Translations under genes and position numbers: made by a program
The notes under the pieces: model-generated
Seen by the model: only the letters and a program-made list of their open reading frames with translations
What the model was told of the DNA's origin: nothing
The model's database searches: none
Part shown: piece after piece, positions 62,629 to 64,000 of the stretch
How the letters are laid out: every line of letters begins with the position of its first letter
Position numbering within the stretch: the first letter of the stretch is position 1
Source of the DNA: Candidatus Poribacteria bacterium
Lineage (GTDB): Bacteria; Poribacteria; WGA-4E; PCPOR2b
Direction of reading: 5' to 3'
Assembly (NCBI GenBank): GCA_965218095.1
Contig: OZ244587.1
Location: forward strand, 5,024,001-5,088,000
Length of the DNA stretch: 64,000 bases

Positions 62629-64000
62629 ATGCTTGAACAAAATGACACTAGGCAATTGATAATCATTGACGGAACAGCGTTTGTCTATCGCGCCTTTTTT
62701 GGCGTGCAACAGCCGCTGACTAACTCAAAGGGGCAGCCTACACATGCGATTCTTAGCTTCATAAGAACACTGCTGAAGTTGCTGCGGGAAGAAACTGAGT
62801 ATATGGCGATTTGCTTCGATCGGGGCGGCAGGAGCAAAAGGGAGGAACTTTATGCCGAGTACAAAGCAGACCGCCCCGAGATGCCGGATGCGCTTGTTTC
62901 CCAGTTTCCGTATATGCGAAAAATTGTCGAAGCGTGTGGCGTTCCGATAGTCGAAATGGATGAGTATGAAGCCGATGATGTCGTGGGGACTTTGGCGAAG
63001 CGGGCGGAGGCAGAGGGCTTTGATGTCCTGATTATGACCAACGATAAGGATATGCTTCAGTTAATCTCCCCCAAGATCAAGGTGCATCGCGTCAACCCAC
63101 GGGGTGGATACGAGATCTACGACGCAGCGGCGTGCAAAGCGCGCTACGGCGTCGAGCCAGTGCAGATCCCCGATTATCTTGCACTTGCAGGGGATAAGGT
63201 CGATCAGATCCCTGGTGTGAGCGGCGTCGGCGAAAAAACTATCCCCAAAATACTTGCTGAATTCGGCACGGTTGAAAACCTGCTGGATCGCCTCGACGAA
63301 GTGCCGAACCGTTGGCGCACGAAGCTGGAGGCAGGAGATGAACTTGCACGACTGAGCAAGAAGCTGGCAACCCTCCAGACAGCACTCGATCTCCCCATCA
63401 CGCCGGAGGCATGCAAAATCGGAGTGACCGACAACGATAAGCTGCTGGCGCTCTTCCGGGAACTAGAATTCCATAGTTTGCTCGATCAAATCACGGTTCA
63501 TCAGACAAGCGATAAGCCAAAAACCAACTATCAAACGATTACGGACGAAACAGAACTGAACCTGTTGATTGAAGAGCTAAAGGAGGCCGAAGAAATCTCT
63601 GTTGACCTGGAGACGACATCAACCAACCCAATCCAGGCGAAGATCGTCGGGATTTCCATCAGCACGACGCCGGACGAGGGATACTACATCCCTGTTCTGT
63701 ATACCGCCCTTGACACCCCCGATCTGCTCCCTCAAGAGAAGGTTCTGGATAATCTGCGCCCCATCCTTGAAGACCCAAACTATCGCAAGGTTGGCCAAAA
63801 CATCAAGTACGATCTCAAGGTGTTCAATCGCCACGGCGTAGACCTGAAAGGAATTTCGTTCGACACGATGATCGCCTCTGCGCTGTTGCATCCCGCGTCA
63901 TCGAGCCACAGTCTGGATGACCTTGCCTTCACCCACCTGAACCACCAAACGATTCCGATTAAAGAACTCATCGGCACAGGCTCGAAACAGATCTCGATGG
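62629..64000 (+). CDS. polA: DNA polymerase I (partial, runs off window end)
   Basis: Manual translation: LIIIDGTAFVYRAFF, YKADRPEMPD, EADDVVGT, IPGVSGVGEKT, VDLETT, GQNIKYD, FDTMIAS. Confidence 0.96.
   Translation, partial: MLEQNDTRQLIIIDGTAFVYRAFFGVQQPLTNSKGQPTHAILSFIRTLLKLLREETEYMAICFDRGGRSKREELYAEYKADRPEMPDALVSQFPYMRKIVEACGVPIVEMDEYEADDVVGTLAKRAEAEGFDVLIMTNDKDMLQLISPKIKVHRVNPRGGYEIYDAAACKARYGVEPVQIPDYLALAGDKVDQIPGVSGVGEKTIPKILAEFGTVENLLDRLDEVPNRWRTKLEAGDELARLSKKLATLQTALDLPITPEACKIGVTDNDKLLALFRELEFHSLLDQITVHQTSDKPKTNYQTITDETELNLLIEELKEAEEISVDLETTSTNPIQAKIVGISISTTPDEGYYIPVLYTALDTPDLLPQEKVLDNLRPILEDPNYRKVGQNIKYDLKVFNRHGVDLKGISFDTMIASALLHPASSSHSLDDLAFTHLNHQTIPIKELIGTGSKQISM

Overview
Bacterial chromosome segment, most likely Candidatus Poribacteria. 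This is an inference from the repeated PhyH/2OG dioxygenases, BNR sialidase-like proteins, Gfo/Idh/MocA oxidoreductases, a dockerin/cohesin protein with a 'QNYPNPFNPETWIPY' C-terminal domain, a DUF4159-like protein and a giant TPR protein. Intact genes include queF, purF, comF, an ABC-F ATPase, the 5' part of polA and an ECF sigma/anti-sigma/1557-aa TPR operon. Many accessory genes are broken by nonsense codons, frameshifts, short tandem duplications or deletions, and IS elements and MITEs are abundant. Main leads: (1) an unassigned ~300-nt, promoter-driven, multi-stem candidate ncRNA at 27221-27518; (2) next to it, a ~4 kb island bounded by 36-bp direct repeats carrying a TPR + PD-(D/E)XK-like nuclease + Cys-rich fusion; (3) a protein with two tandem Hfq/Sm-like domains; (4) an active ~1.1 kb IS family that stacks end-to-end with 8-bp spacers; (5) recurrent 15-22 bp tandem duplications; (6) a purM stub fused to a FliG C-terminal-like fragment. 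All calls were made by eye, without database searches.
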